Shown one piece after another: positions 1 to 12,808 of a stretch of 64,000 bases of DNA. The stretch is from Octopus sinensis (lineage: Eukaryota). Both the position numbers and the translations under genes were made by a program. The stretch is taken from positions 1,364,001-1,428,000 of the forward strand of contig NC_043005.1 of assembly GCF_006345805.1 (NCBI RefSeq), given 5' to 3'. The notes beneath the pieces are model-generated. The model was given only the letters and a program-made list of their open reading frames with translations, ran no database searches and had not been told where the DNA came from. The stretch's first letter is position 1. Each line of letters opens with the position of its first letter.

Positions 1-354
1 GCACACACACACACACACACTCATGCGTTTCATGGGAAGGGCAGTAAAAGTGGTTACCATTACGAATTCCATGTCTTTTGGCTTTACAACTTTGCTATAT
101 TATAAATATTCAATGAGAATTATATTTAGTAAATAAACTATATTAATTTATCCATAATACATTATAATTTATGTGTTACATTTATTATATACTGATAATA
201 AATGTAATAATTTAATTTTACAGTAATACAAGGCTATCATACATAGTAAGTACCTAGCTTTTAAAACTGATTCCAAAGTAAAGCTTTTTGAGATAATCCA
301 GATGTTTGAAGATTATTAAACTTTCCACCTATCCTACTATATATATATATATAT

Positions 355-596
355 TCCTTACTGGCATGTGAAAAACATTCGAGTGAAGTCATTGCCAGTG
401 CCGCTGGCTCCTGTGCAGGTGGCACGTAAAAGCACCCACTACACTCTCAGAGTGGTTGTTGTTAGGAAGGGCATCCTGCTGTAGAAACTCTGCCAGATCA
501 GACTGGAGCTTGGTGCAGCCATCTGGTTCTCCAGTCCTCAGTCAAATCATCCAACCAATGCTAGCATGGAAAGCGGATGTTAAACGATGATGATGG
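355..596 (+). mobile_element. RTE-clade LINE 3' UTR/tail fragment (5'-truncated)
   Basis: gtggcacgtaaaagcaccc...ccaaccaatgctagcatggaaagcggatgttaaacgatgatgatg matches the 3' ends of the coding RTE copies in this window; (GAT)n tail. Confidence 0.85.
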
Positions 597-964
597 CACT
601 TGCCTTAAGCTGTGAAATTTCAAATCTCCCTTTTGAAGAAACACACTGATCTTAAAATGGGGTAAAATATGTTTAATAGTCATTCATGCTTGGTTGCACA
701 ATATAAAATACCTCCATGGAGTTGATGTAGTGTTAATCACTTTGTTATTTAATCTGTATGCAGAATGTTTAATAGTGAAGAGTTACAGTACTGCAAATAT
801 TCTCATCAAAATTCTTGTTTTCTACAGACTAGTAATTAAAAAAAAAAACTATTTCCAATCAAATCATTTGTTTATTTTCTCTTTTTCTTTTTGAAAGCAT
901 TAACAAGATATTTCCCCACTCCTAAGATCATATAAATAGTTTTCTTCATTTTTTATTGGAAACA

Positions 965-2130
965 GGACAACTGATCTGCAACAGAGTAGACCAAAATGAG
1001 ATGCAGTTTGGCTTTATGCTTAAAAGAGGCACCATGCCACCAAGAGGTACCATCTTCTGTGTGAGGGAAGTGCAAGAGAAATACTTGGTTAGGAATAAAC
1101 CACTATTCTTGGCATTTGTTGGTTTGGAATAGGTTTTGAGAGAGTACTATGTTCAGTAGTGTGATAGTCACTAAAGAAACCAGGAGCCGACAAATGGCGG
1201 GGGGGGGGGAGGGGGCTGTACATAATTGTGGTGAGAGTCAACAATGATTTCAGTGATGAATTTAGTGTGAAGGTAGGAGTCTATCAAGGTTCAGTTTTCA
1301 GTCATCTCCAATTCATCATAGTTCTGAAGGACATCACAGAGGTGTTCATGGCTGTCCGCAGGAACTCTAATATACTGATCATCTAATTCTCTTTGCTGAA
1401 TCTAGAGTGAATTAAAGGGGAAATTCCAAGCATAGAAGCTAAACTTAAAATCAAAAAAACCTCAAGATAAACTTATCAAAGATTAAGGTTTTAGAAGAGA
1501 TGTAGTGGTGTCACAGGCAAACAAAGACTGTAAACTATAGTTGCAACAGATGCAGTGGAGCAGAACGCATTATGAACACGCTAGAAATAGTTTCTTTTAA
1601 ATGTCCAGATGGTTCACTAGAGTTAGTCAATTGCTTTTTGTTAACTAGGAGATGTAATTAGCAAGAGGGATGATTGTTCTGAAAGTTCCAGGTTGGAAAA
1701 AGTTCAGAAAGCTACGACCACCACTTGTAACAATAAAAATCTGTTCCCTTGGAGTTAAAAGCAGATTGTATGATGCTCGAGTTGGACTGAAACACTGCAA
1801 GGAAGAGTGAGAGATGGGCTTTGGATGCAGAGCCCTTAAGAAGATTGGAAAGAGATGAAGAGTGGGCATGTTTCATTGGATGTGCAATGTAAGTGTGCTG
1901 AGAGAAAAACTGGGTAGAAGTGGAATTAGATGTAGTGTGCAAGAAAGAAAACTGTGTTGCTGTAGACATGTGATGTGTATGGGTAATGATAGGTATATGA
2001 AGAAATGTTGATTACTAGATGAGGATGGAGCTTATGGAAGCTGATCTCAGTGTAAGAGAGGACTAGGATGACTAGTGACATGCAATTCTCAATAAGAGTA
2101 GCCCATCTCAGTGAAACTGATTCTGGAAGA
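965..2130 (+). mobile_element. Old, heavily degraded RTE LINE (RT region)
   Basis: Remnant peptides EMQFGFM, VQEKYL..NKPLFLAFV and KVGVYQGSV align with the RT of the RTE at 61.7-64 kb; many stops and frameshifts. Confidence 0.75.
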
Positions 2131-2134
2131 AAAT

Positions 2135-2830
2135 TGTGTATATAAAACTGTCCACCTACCACATTTTCCTCCTTAAGACATCCCTATCTCCTATCATCTT
2201 TCTAACTGCACATTTCACCAGCTTTTCTCTAATGCCAATTAGTTTTCTCACTGCCAGAAACCATAGCACTTCATATTCATCCATTCTTCATTCTGACCTC
2301 TCTACCAACACTACATTGATCAACCTCTTGGAGCACCAAATTGTCTCTCCTTCTCCATCACAATACATCTCTCACTGTCCCATGTAATACACCTGCCTCT
2401 CCCACCCTAACATTCTTGCAACCTACCCAATCATGTCAGTTCCTCTTTAATCTACATGTACCCACCTCTTATCTACAATTCACTTCATACTACTCAACTT
2501 CACCCAATTTCTACAGTTGTCACCTACTCTTCCCATCTTATCATCCCTCAACATTTGTTCTTCATTATATTCACCCTATTGCTCTTTCCCTATTTTCACT
2601 CTCCCATACACTCTATGTTCTCCAGTACTCATTCCCTTCTACCCACCTTCTTGTACCTTGAGTGTTCACTTTGATATCATAATTATTTTATCATATTCTC
2701 CAGCTCCACCCTGCTCACTTTCCTATCATGTCAGTAGCTGTGCAGCTCCCCTACAGCAAGACACCTGTTCTGTTTTGGCCCTTCTCTAATACTTTAACCT
2801 CTAATCTCCTAGCATAAAGCTACCTCCCTC
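2135..2830 (-). mobile_element. Degraded RTE-like LINE 3' part, tail-to-tail with the previous copy
   Basis: Minus-strand remnants resemble the RTE C-terminal region; highly decayed. Confidence 0.45.
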
Positions 2831-3924
2831 TCTACTGAAGGAAGTCAAAGGAAGTCTTGCTGTGAAGAGGATGATGTTAGGGAGGGTATCCATTCATAAA
2901 AAATTGCCAAAGCAGACACTGGAGTACAACTCAGTCCTTCAACCTGTGAAATTCTGTCAAACTGTCCAGCCATACTGGTATGCAACATGGTCATTATATA
3001 ATGATGATGATATATTTTGTAAACAATTTGGGGTCAACAGACCAAATTTGTTTATAACTTCAAATTGTATACCACAATTCTTTCTATGGCTGCTCAGACC
3101 TGCAGTGCATGAAAGCTTTAATTACAGAACTGAATTTTGTTAAGATGGAATTCTGTTCTATGGGAATGGATATCTAAAAACAAAGCAGAATGCTTCTCTA
3201 AAAGAGTACTATTCAGGATTTATTTTGATCAAAGGAAGAAAATTAGTTGTCTCTACTGACAGAGACCCTGATTTAATCAGAGAACAACTTAATCCAACAA
3301 CTTGACCTGGGAAACCAAATTCAGAAATTCTAAAAATAACAAAATTTACAAAAATAAGTCATTTTAAGAATTAAATTTGGTATGAGAAAAAGAAAAAAAG
3401 TGAAAATTTTATCAGGAAAGTTTATAAAACTAAATTTGAATTTTATGGAGAGAAGTTACAAAAAAAAAACATTGTACATTTTTTTTTTTTAAATGGGAAA
3501 GATGACTAAGTTAGTGAGGCAGGACCAATAATTTCATTTATTGCTGCTGAAATGAAGATGAACATTGGGCAATGTAACCTCATTATTCAACAATGTGGAA
3601 GAAAGAATACAGGAAACCACAAAATGATTTTAAATATTTGTAGAAATAACTGAAAAACAAGCTAAAAATATGAACAGAAAGGGTGGGTGCGATTGTGCAG
3701 TAGCTGGATGAGGGTAAATGGTAAAGTGATCTTAGGATATAACAATCAAATCCTTGGGGTTTTTGCTTAACTAAGGAAATCTAGGTCTCTTTGAATTATG
3801 GGAGCCTGTAATTTCACAAGAACAATAGGAGAGTACTGTTTCCTTGTGTGCATTGGAAGACTAAAATATGTAATAAACAGATGTAACCATAACCATTTAT
3901 TACTGAAAAGTTTATGTAATAAAT

Positions 3925-4012
3925 ACACACACACACACACACATGCATGCATGTGAGAATGATCGGAGAAATACATTGACTGGAAGGTGAGATAGACTTT
4001 TTATATTTATAT

Positions 4013-4082
<70 letters not shown>

Positions 4083-4150
4083 GAGAGAGAGAGAGGGAGT
4101 GTGTGTGTGTGTGTGTGTGGTGTGTGTGTGTGTGTGCATGTGTGCGTGTA
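3925..4150. repeat. Compound microsatellite (CA)n/(AT)n/(GA)n/(GT)n
   Basis: Seen directly in sequence. Confidence 0.95.
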
Positions 4151-4592
4151 TGTATGAGTCAGAAGCAAGAATGACTTAACAGTGAGTGAAGTTTTCAGAA
4201 ATTACTGTATCATTTCAACATTGCAAGTGGAATGAGTAAGACTGAAGTGGTGTCGGTGGTGGTAGTGGTGTGGTGTGGTGTATGTGGGTGTGGGTGCTGG
4301 TGCTATGAATGCAGTAGTAATAATTTTATAATGAATGGGAACATATTGGTGGAGAAGTTAGTTGTGGAAGGCAAGTGAATTGAAATTTAGAAAGTAGGTT
4401 ATGGGGTCAGGCTCTGCTGAAGCTGATGAGCCAACCTCGACTTTCAGCACAATGATAAACATGTCACCATTAATGAAGCCGTGATATGAGAAAAACTTAT
4501 GAAAGAAGATTAAAAGGGAAGAAAAGAATAAAAGTCAGAAAGACAATGACATCGTAAAGACAAAGGAGAAGAATATGGAAGAGAGGAGATAG

Positions 4593-4623
<31 letters not shown>

Positions 4624-4746
4624 GTGATCATGTTTTATTTCACAGATGGACTCAACATTTCCAAGATCTCACAGATGACCATGGGTCAGCCTTGCTAACC
4701 TCATTATTCAACAAGGTGAAAGAAAGAACACAGGAAACCACAAAAT

Positions 4747-5270
4747 CATCATCATCGTCTGCTTTCCATGCTAGCATGGGTTGGACGATTTTGACTGAGG
4801 GCTGGCGAACCAGATGGCTGCACCAAGCTCCAATCTTGATCTGGCAGAGTTTCTACAGCTGGATGCCCTTCCTAAACGCCAACCACTCTGAGAGTGTAGT
4901 GGGTGCTTTTTACGTGCCACTGGCATGGGGCCAGTCAGGCGGTATTGGCAACGACCTCGCTCGAATCCTTTTACACATGCCACCGGCACAAGTGCCACTA
5001 AGGCGACGCTGGTAACGATCACATTCAAATGGTGCCTTTTACATGCCACCGGAACAGAAGCCAATTAGCTGCTCTGGCAATGATCATGCTCGGATGGTGC
5101 TCTTAGCATCCTACTAGCATGGGCACAAGTGCCAGTAAGGCAATGCTGGTAACGATCACACTCAAATTGGTGCCTTTTATGTGCCACTGGCACGGAAGCC
5201 GGTTAGCTGCTCTGCCAACAATCACACTCGTATAGTGCTCTTTGCACCCTGCTAGCACGGATACCCGTCA
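4747..5270 (-). mobile_element. RTE 3' UTR fragment with internal tandem units
   Basis: (CAT)n followed by ctttccatgctagcatggg; several ggtgc(c/t)ttttaYgtgccacYgg units; aaat on both sides is a possible short TSD. Confidence 0.85.
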
Positions 5271-5829
5271 TCAAATGATTCAGAATATTTGCTGAAGTAA
5301 CTGAATGCAAAGCTGTAAAAATTTTTATAATAAAGGAGAGTTGACATCATCCAAAAATCAACTGGATTCATTTTAGTGAGCTTCCCAAGGTTCATCTTAC
5401 CACTTTTGGACCAACTTTTTTCAGACATCAAGAAGGTTAGATCTGTTGACAACAATAATTTCAAGTTCATAAGTCATCTTCATAAATTATGTAAGAACGG
5501 CTAAGCAGCCTTTGTTCAATACTACACAGCAGCTACATAGAGAAATACAAATCTGCCATAGTCTAAAGTTACTAATGGTCATAAATCACAGGGCACACTA
5601 TGATAGTCATTTCAATACCAACCTATTTGACTCTGTCTTTGGTTATATGACACATACCTGTTTTAAAGGGATCTAAATTAAAATCTCTTAAAATTTCTTG
5701 TTAATTTGTTCTAAATACCAGTTCAATAATGACAAAATGATTATATTAAATTCTTTATTATTTTCAAAATTAATTGAAAGAAAGCCAGTACATCTCAACA
5801 GAAACATGGTAACAAAAGCCTAGATAAAA

Positions 5830-6860
5830 ATCTTCCTAATTCTTATCTACTACTGGTATCTAAAAACTCAAAGCTCCAAGTCTTCCAAATGGCTCCTTCA
5901 AAGCAGCTGGTTTACATTAGTTCAATCAAAAGACAGAACCAACAACATCTACTGAGTTTTTACCTATTGTGGTAACTCTTGGAAGATCACCAGTCAAACC
6001 AAGAAGAATGACCCCATACATTGCACAGTTCTCAGGCTTTTCCACTTCTCTAATTACAGTCTATCTTTTTGGTCCATTATCAAAAGAATCTTCCTAATAC
6101 TTAATATAATCTTCCTTTCCTCCATTTTCCAATCACAGTCATATGGTGAATAGTACTCTCTCAGAGAAAGCTGTCACTTTAGCTATCAGGTTGCATCAAA
6201 CTACACACATTTGATCGATTTCATTCCTCCAGGTTTACCACTATTTACAGACACATCCCAAGTATAGAAGTGTCTCCAGACCAACAGAGCCACCGCATTT
6301 TCTATTAACTTGAAACAATGCACTCCACAGACAGCCTCTAGAATCACTAAACTTTTCAATCTCTTTCTCTCTATAGGGACATCCTAACTTTTGGAAGCAC
6401 ACTGATGTATCCTATACAAGACCCTGCCAACTGTTTTCATATTCCAATATCGTAGAGGTAATGGAGACAGATATTTCTGCTTGGACACCACTATTACAGT
6501 TTTTAGAAAGTTATATTTATTGAAGAACTGTTACCCTATGCCACTCATCAGTGGGCTCCCAATGAAGAGAAATTTCATGATAGAAGCATCATTACCAAAA
6601 GCTTTTGACTGTGTCTGGCAAGCGATTCTATTAAAACAGACCACCTATGGGTTCCATCCAGCTTTTCTGTGTTAGATCAATGGCTCATTATCAGCTCACA
6701 CCATCACAGCAGTGCTGAAGGAGCTCTTGCTGACCCGGTGCACTTCAAGGCTTGGTCCTCTCCTCCAAACTCATCCTACTAAATGATCTACATGCAGCAC
6801 CACTTCATCTTCTATATCCATACAGTACCATACATATATAACTTAGACAGCTCACACCAA
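5830..6860 (+). mobile_element. Old CR1/L2-group LINE RT relic, 5' part
   Basis: Remnants PKAFDCVWQAILLK..YGFHP and GALQGLVLS..LLNDL match RT motifs KAFDxVWH and GVPQGSVLSP..INDL. Confidence 0.65.
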
Positions 6861-6869
6861 ATCTGCATT

Positions 6870-9800
6870 AGTTTCAAGAACAAAGCCCTTCGGATCTACG
6901 TCCGAAGCTACGTGTAGCGGCTTCCCTGAATAGGAACTCAGCTCTACAGGAAAGCTTCAGTCTTCGGGAAGATGGACAAATCTGGAGATTTGTCAAGACT
7001 GATGAAACGTGGAAGAGAGATACCAGCTGGTCTGAGTGCTCTCTACCCACAATAACTAAAAAGACTACAGCAACTCAGGGAAACTAAGCCAGGACAATCT
7101 GCCATCCTCCACACACCATCATAAACTGCGAGCAGGGTACAAATTGTTGTCCTTAAATGCTCGCAGTTTATGCAACAAAATACATTTGTTCAACGCCTAC
7201 GTCAGAAGTGTTGACCCTGACTTCATCACTGTCACGGAAACATGGGCGCATTCCTTACTCTGTGATGGGGTTTTCAACATCACGGGGTACAACCTCTTCC
7301 GTAAGGACCGCACTAACCGCCGTGGTGGTGGTGTGATGGTCTACGTTCGTTCAAATTTTTTGGTAATTCCTTGTGCCGATTTGAACGAATCACAAGAAGA
7401 AGTTTTTTTCTGTGACGTACGTACGACCATGTCAACACTCCTGCTTGGCGTTGTTTATCGTCCCCCAAATTACCATCAGGACACACAGCTTTGCAACATC
7501 CTCCGAGCTGCAGCCAGGAAAACAGCCACTTATGTGTTTATTGCAGGCGATTTCAATCATCCTGAGATCGATTGGGAAACCTTCCGTTGGCCACAGAGTG
7601 CAAACGATTTTGTTGAGCTTGTGCTGGACTCAAACTGGTCACAAGTAGTCACCTCTCCAACAAGAGGCGACAACACCTTGGACCTGCTCTTCACCACAAC
7701 TCCTGAAGCGGTTATCAATTGCACTACGGAGGAACCTCTAGGTGACTCTGATCATGCTATGATCATCGCCAATCTGGCTCTTGCGGGCAACAAACACCTG
7801 AACCATCTCCAATCTGCTTCCTTCGATTGGAAGAGAGCAGATTGGAACCTGTACCACACTGAACTACAGCACCCAAACTGGCGTGAATTCTACAACTCTG
7901 GAGATGTGAATACTATACTCCAGAGTATCCTGGACTCAATATGGGCAACATGTGCAGCATCAGTGCCACGTAAACAAAAAAAGAAGAACCGCCCCAAAAG
8001 GGCAATTTGGGAAACTTCAGCGGTCCGACTTGCCAGGAAGGAACGTCGGACTGCTGAACAGGAATACAAGTTGCATAAATCAGACACCAACAGGAAGAAG
8101 CGGAATAAATCCTCCAACCATCTCAAGCAAGTGACAAAAAATGCAGTGCTTGAATTTGAACAGTGCATAGCAGCCAATCCTGACAGCAAGGTTTTCTGGA
8201 AATATGTGCATTCAAAGCAGAGACCTCACTCTCCAGTGGGCCCTCTTCGCAACCCTCACACGAACCAGATCACTGACGACCCCAAGGAATGCGCAGAACT
8301 CATTGCCGAGTGCTATGCAAACATATTCACTGTCGAAAGTCAAAATGTACCATCTTCACCATCACTAACAGCAAACTCCATAACAACTATGGAATTTACA
8401 CCTGCAATGCTGCGACGTCACCTTCAAAATAAGCGCAACTATGCCTCCCCTGGTCTCGATGGAGTTACATACCTGCTTCTCAAACGTGGCAGGCACTTCC
8501 TTTTACACCAGCTTTCTATTTTCTTCCAGTACTGTCTCAACAATGGTGCTACTCCGGAGCAGTGGAAAACTGCCAGTGTCATTCCTCTGTTCAAAAAGGG
8601 TGACCGCACATCACCTGTCAACTATCGCCCAGTCAGTCTCACTAGCTGTATTGCAAAACTGATGGAATCGTGTGTCAGAGAAACACTCTGGAACTTCTGG
8701 AGCTCTCACAGTCTCATCCGACCCTCACAATATGGATTTGTCCCTAACTCCAGCTGCAGTGACCAGCTTGTCGAGTTCCTTGAGGACATTACTCAGATCA
8801 CTGACAGTGGCTCATGGGTGGATGTTGTCTACCTTGACTTTGCTAAGGCTTTCAACTCTGTGCCACACAAAAGGCTTATGGTGAAACTCTCTGCAATGGG
8901 TGTGGGGGATGACCTTTTTAACTGGTTGAAATCCTTCATCCTCAGCCGAAAGGAGGTAGTCACAGTTCTAGGACAGCACTCTACACCATATGAGATGTCA
9001 TCGGGTGTACCACAGGGATCTGTCCTTGGTCCCCTCCTGTTTGTGGAATACATTAATGACATAGATGCCAATTTAAAGAATGCCACAGTATTGAAATATG
9101 CAGACGACATCAAGCTGTACCTTGAAATCAAGAGGACTGATCCTGATGTCTACAACTCTTTCCTGCAATCAGACCTAGACACAATGCAGCAATGGATCAC
9201 AGACTGGCAACTGAAACTGGCTGTGGACAAGTGTACCACCATGCATTTTGGGAGAAAAAACCCTGCGTCCACATACTCCCTCCACAACACTGATATCAAG
9301 AAATCCTCTTGCGAGCGTGACCTAGGCATCACTGTCAGCAGTGATTTGCGTTGGACAAAGCATATCTCTAAAATTGTCAAGAAGGCCGAGGGTGTCTTGG
9401 TATCACTCAGCAAGACTTTTGTTAGCCGCTCTCCAGCCATCTATTTAAAACTGTATACAGCTATGGTACGACCACACTTGGAATTCGCATCATCAGTTTG
9501 GAATCCCTATCTTGCTCAGAACATTGACCTCCTGGAATCTGTCCAGAGACGTGCAACCAAACGCATACCCTCCATCAGACACCTACCATATTCTGAGCGC
9601 CTTGTTTCCCTGGGCATGGATTGACTGAAGCTCCGGCGTCTGGCGACGGACTTGGTAAACACCCACAAGGTTATCAACCACCTCACCAACAACAACACTG
9701 AACACCTTTTTGATCTCCATGTGTCTAACACACGTGGACATGCCTACAAAGTCAGAAAACAGCACAGCTCCCATGACTTTCGGAAACATTTTTTCACGCT

Positions 9801-9977
9801 CAGGGTTGCTGAAGCGTGGAATAAACTGCCTGCATCAGTTGTTGACTGCCATGACACTGCATCCTTTAAGGCCCTCATGCTTCCCGAAAACCGTCGAAAC
9901 TACACCTGATTATATATACACTTTAGATGAGTTGTAGTGCACCTGAGCACTGTACACAATTATTATTATTATTATTA
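6870..9977 (+). mobile_element. Young CR1-clade LINE, 5'-truncated within ORF1
   Basis: ORF1 C-terminal remnant about 6870-7087, APE+RT ORF2, short 3' UTR with a gtgc-acctga-gcac stem-loop, (ATT)n tail at about 9959-9977; CpGs retained. Confidence 0.92.
7144..9909 (+). pseudogene. CR1 ORF2 (AP endonuclease + reverse transcriptase) with one in-frame TGA at 9622-9624
   Basis: APE motifs NARS, TETW, GDFN, LDL, SDH; RT motifs YRPVSLTS, DFAKAF, GVPQGSVLGP, YADD; CR1-type C-terminus TRGHxxK..FFTLRVAEAWNKLP in the same frame (ORFs 7144..9624 and 9652..9909). Confidence 0.93.
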
Positions 9978-9979
9978 AA

Positions 9980-10720
9980 AACAAACTCCAGTGAGTTTGT
10001 GTTAATCTTATTTCCTTCTACAGAAATATATTTTTAAAAAAAAGGGTCATATCATAATACTTACACCTCCCACCCCTAACCATGAGTAACATGCAACAAG
10101 AGTGTTTGCAATCATTCCAAATGTTGGGCCTCACTACTTCTTTAACAGTTCAGTGTGGCCCTTCCCTTCACAATCATAAAATACTTCATTTCCCTATAAT
10201 TATTAACCCTCTTGAAGCTCAAGTGACACAAAGTACTGCTCCCACATCTAGAACAGAGAAGTCATAACACACACACACACAAAGATGTCCTAAACTACAT
10301 CCAGAGAAAGGTCACTCAACTAATCAACATTAAAGACACTCATAAACTAACATCATACTCTGGCTTACAAATCTTCTGCCTCTCCTCCTCTCTACTGCTA
10401 CAACAACAGTCTCTGCCTCTACATCTTATAGCATCATCACTCACTCATCTCTGTATTGTATCCAACTCTGCAAAACCAAGGTTAGCCACATCTCTCAGAG
10501 CTGCTTCTTTAATACATGTAAGTCTAGAGGAATGAGCTATGCAGTGAGAACTGCACATCTCTTTTCTACAGCATCAATCTCACTGATTGTGAGCATAGAC
10601 CATTCCTCCAGACCTCTCTACTTAAAAAGAGTGATCAGAAGATCCTGCAGTCAGCAGAATCACATCAGTCCACAGCAAATAACTCTCTGCACCCAAAACT
10701 GTAATTTCTTTATTGAGTGG
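9980..10720 (+). mobile_element. Old CR1/L2-group LINE relic, 3' part (continuation of 5830-6860)
   Basis: Remnants SFQMLGLT and HLYCIQL..SCFF resemble post-YADD and C-terminal regions in the expected order. Confidence 0.5.
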
Positions 10721-10854
10721 TGAATCTTTTGAAAGAAAAACAAACACCCTGTGTCTAGTTACAGTGCCTGGTTTGTGGGGTTAGCTACTGGACAATAGGG
10801 TTTTAAGGGACACCAGGGAGTTTTGTTTTTAAAAAGATTTTAAATAGGTTTATG

Positions 10855-11185
10855 TTTTACTTGTTTCAGTCGTTAGACTGCAGTCATACTGGAGCACTGA
10901 TTTGAAATAGTTTAGTTGAACAAATTGACCTCAGTACCTTTGTTTCTTAAGCCTGGTACTTATTCTATCTGTATCTTTTGCCAAACTGCTAAGTTACAGC
11001 GATATAAACACATACACAAACACACACACAATTGGTTTCTTTCAGCTTCCATCAACCAAATCCACTCACAAAGATTTGGTCATCCTGAAACTATAGTAGA
11101 AGACACTTGCCAAAGGTGCCACACAGAGGGCCTGAACCCAGAACCATGTAACTGGGAAGCAAGCTTTTTACCACACAGCCACATA
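10855..11185 (-). mobile_element. tRNA-derived SINE, family A (CORE-like central segment)
   Basis: Minus strand: ggctgtgtggtaa (A box), ggttcagg (B box), gtggcacctttggcaagtgtcttc, tail ...gaaacaagtaaaa; further copies in this window. Confidence 0.8.
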
Positions 11186-11899
11186 AATAATAACAGCAAT
11201 AATTTATCTTCAAAATCCACAAATAAAGACAAAAGGATGGCAGTAACTGAATAATAAAAAACTAACAATATTGCAGGATTCTCTTGTCCTGCAATAGGGA
11301 ACCTGTCTCACAGCAAAGACATGACAAAATGTACCAAGTCTATTTTTTAAATGGTTGATGACAGGACAGGTACTCAACTATAAAATTTATGCCATCCTAC
11401 CCCAAAACAATCCCAAACAAAAATGTTACATATAATAAAGAAAAAAAAGTTAAAAGTAGTTTCTTTTGTTTTTCTGCATATGAGAAGATGAAGAACTAGA
11501 TATATGGTGAGATGATGTGTGATCCCTCCGAAACATGCTAGCATGGAAATATGGACATAAAAATGATGATTGCATTGTGATAAAATGGAAAGAAAAAAAA
11601 CAGGAAAGTATTTATTGTTTATCATAGTTCATGCCTTCACTTTGAAGAACAGGAAATAAGTTAAGATACATTTGTATAGAGAGGGGCTAATTAGGGATTA
11701 GATATTAAAATTCTACAAGCAACTTCATTCTAATAATCATTAATTATATCTTCACAAGAGGGAATCAAAGTTATTATAAGACAAATCATATTCGTTTTGT
11801 AACTATTAAAAAAAATTTTAGATATAAAAACTTGGCAAATGTATGAGTATGCAGGATGCTATCTCCCACCCCCAGACTAACCTAATACCATACCTAGAA

Positions 11900-12515
11900 T
11901 GCTATACACTAAATAGTACCTGTGTATTACAGGTGTGCTCAAGTTCATATTATTTATACCCAGGTTAACTGTGATTGAGTGGACCTATATGTATAAAAGC
12001 ATTCCAGCAGTGACCACCCTGTCCTTATTGATATAGGACAAATACTGTCCTATATGATTTTTCTTAAAGCTGAACGGATTTATTTAGAGAAAATTGGTTG
12101 TTATTTCTATGAAATCATTTGACCACATAGAAGCTCTCTTCCTGAGCTCACAGACACTAAACAAGACATCACAAACAGCTAATAAAAAACCAAGACAGTA
12201 ATAAATGTAAAAGTTTGAAAACCCAAGTAGGTTAATTTTGAGAATAAAAGTGGGTGGGTCCAAAACTCTATCTACTGGAATTTCCTTTGTCCATCAAATC
12301 TCTATGCATCCCACTCTCTCTCTCTCTCTCTCTCTCTGAGCTAATGAATCTCTCTATGTTGTTGCATAACTTGATAGAAATAGCAACCAAATACTCCATA
12401 AATCACACCTCACTGTTTATGAGAAGGACATCAAGCCCTAAATATCTCCTAAAAGATGTGGTATGGTCCCAACTGGTCTGCCTGATCAGAATTAACCTGG
12501 GGCTAAACAACAACA
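11900..12515. repeat. Two oppositely oriented copies of an unclassified dispersed repeat (related piece near 27135-27200)
   Basis: Shared core atagaaataRcaaccaa: reverse at about 12050-12135, forward at about 12345-12515. Confidence 0.5.
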
Positions 12516-12725
12516 TCTTACTTGTAGGTATTACTTTATAGACTATTGTCACTCAGTCATATCAAATAACAGTTAGAAATCCATTAAAACAAATAATGTA
12601 ATACTTCTGATGACAATTCTTCTGACAATAAACCATGTTAGCAATCAGTTAAACTCTCAAAATTACAGTTGACACAAATATTGCAACATATCATTTCCAA
12701 TTCTAATTCTTGTGTGCGAGGGGGG

Positions 12726-12736
12726 GGAGAGGGAGG

Positions 12737-12806
<70 letters not shown>
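12726..12806. repeat. (GA)n microsatellite
   Basis: Seen directly in sequence. Confidence 0.97.

Positions 12807-12808
<2 letters not shown>

Noticed and set aside
5290-5470. hAT dimerisation-domain-like NPVDFW..Y..F..A peptide
   Set aside because: Similarity too short and no other transposase motifs or TIRs found.
7412-9937. Short overlapping or antisense ORFs inside the CR1 and RTE elements
   Set aside because: Shadow frames of TE coding sequence with no independent motifs.
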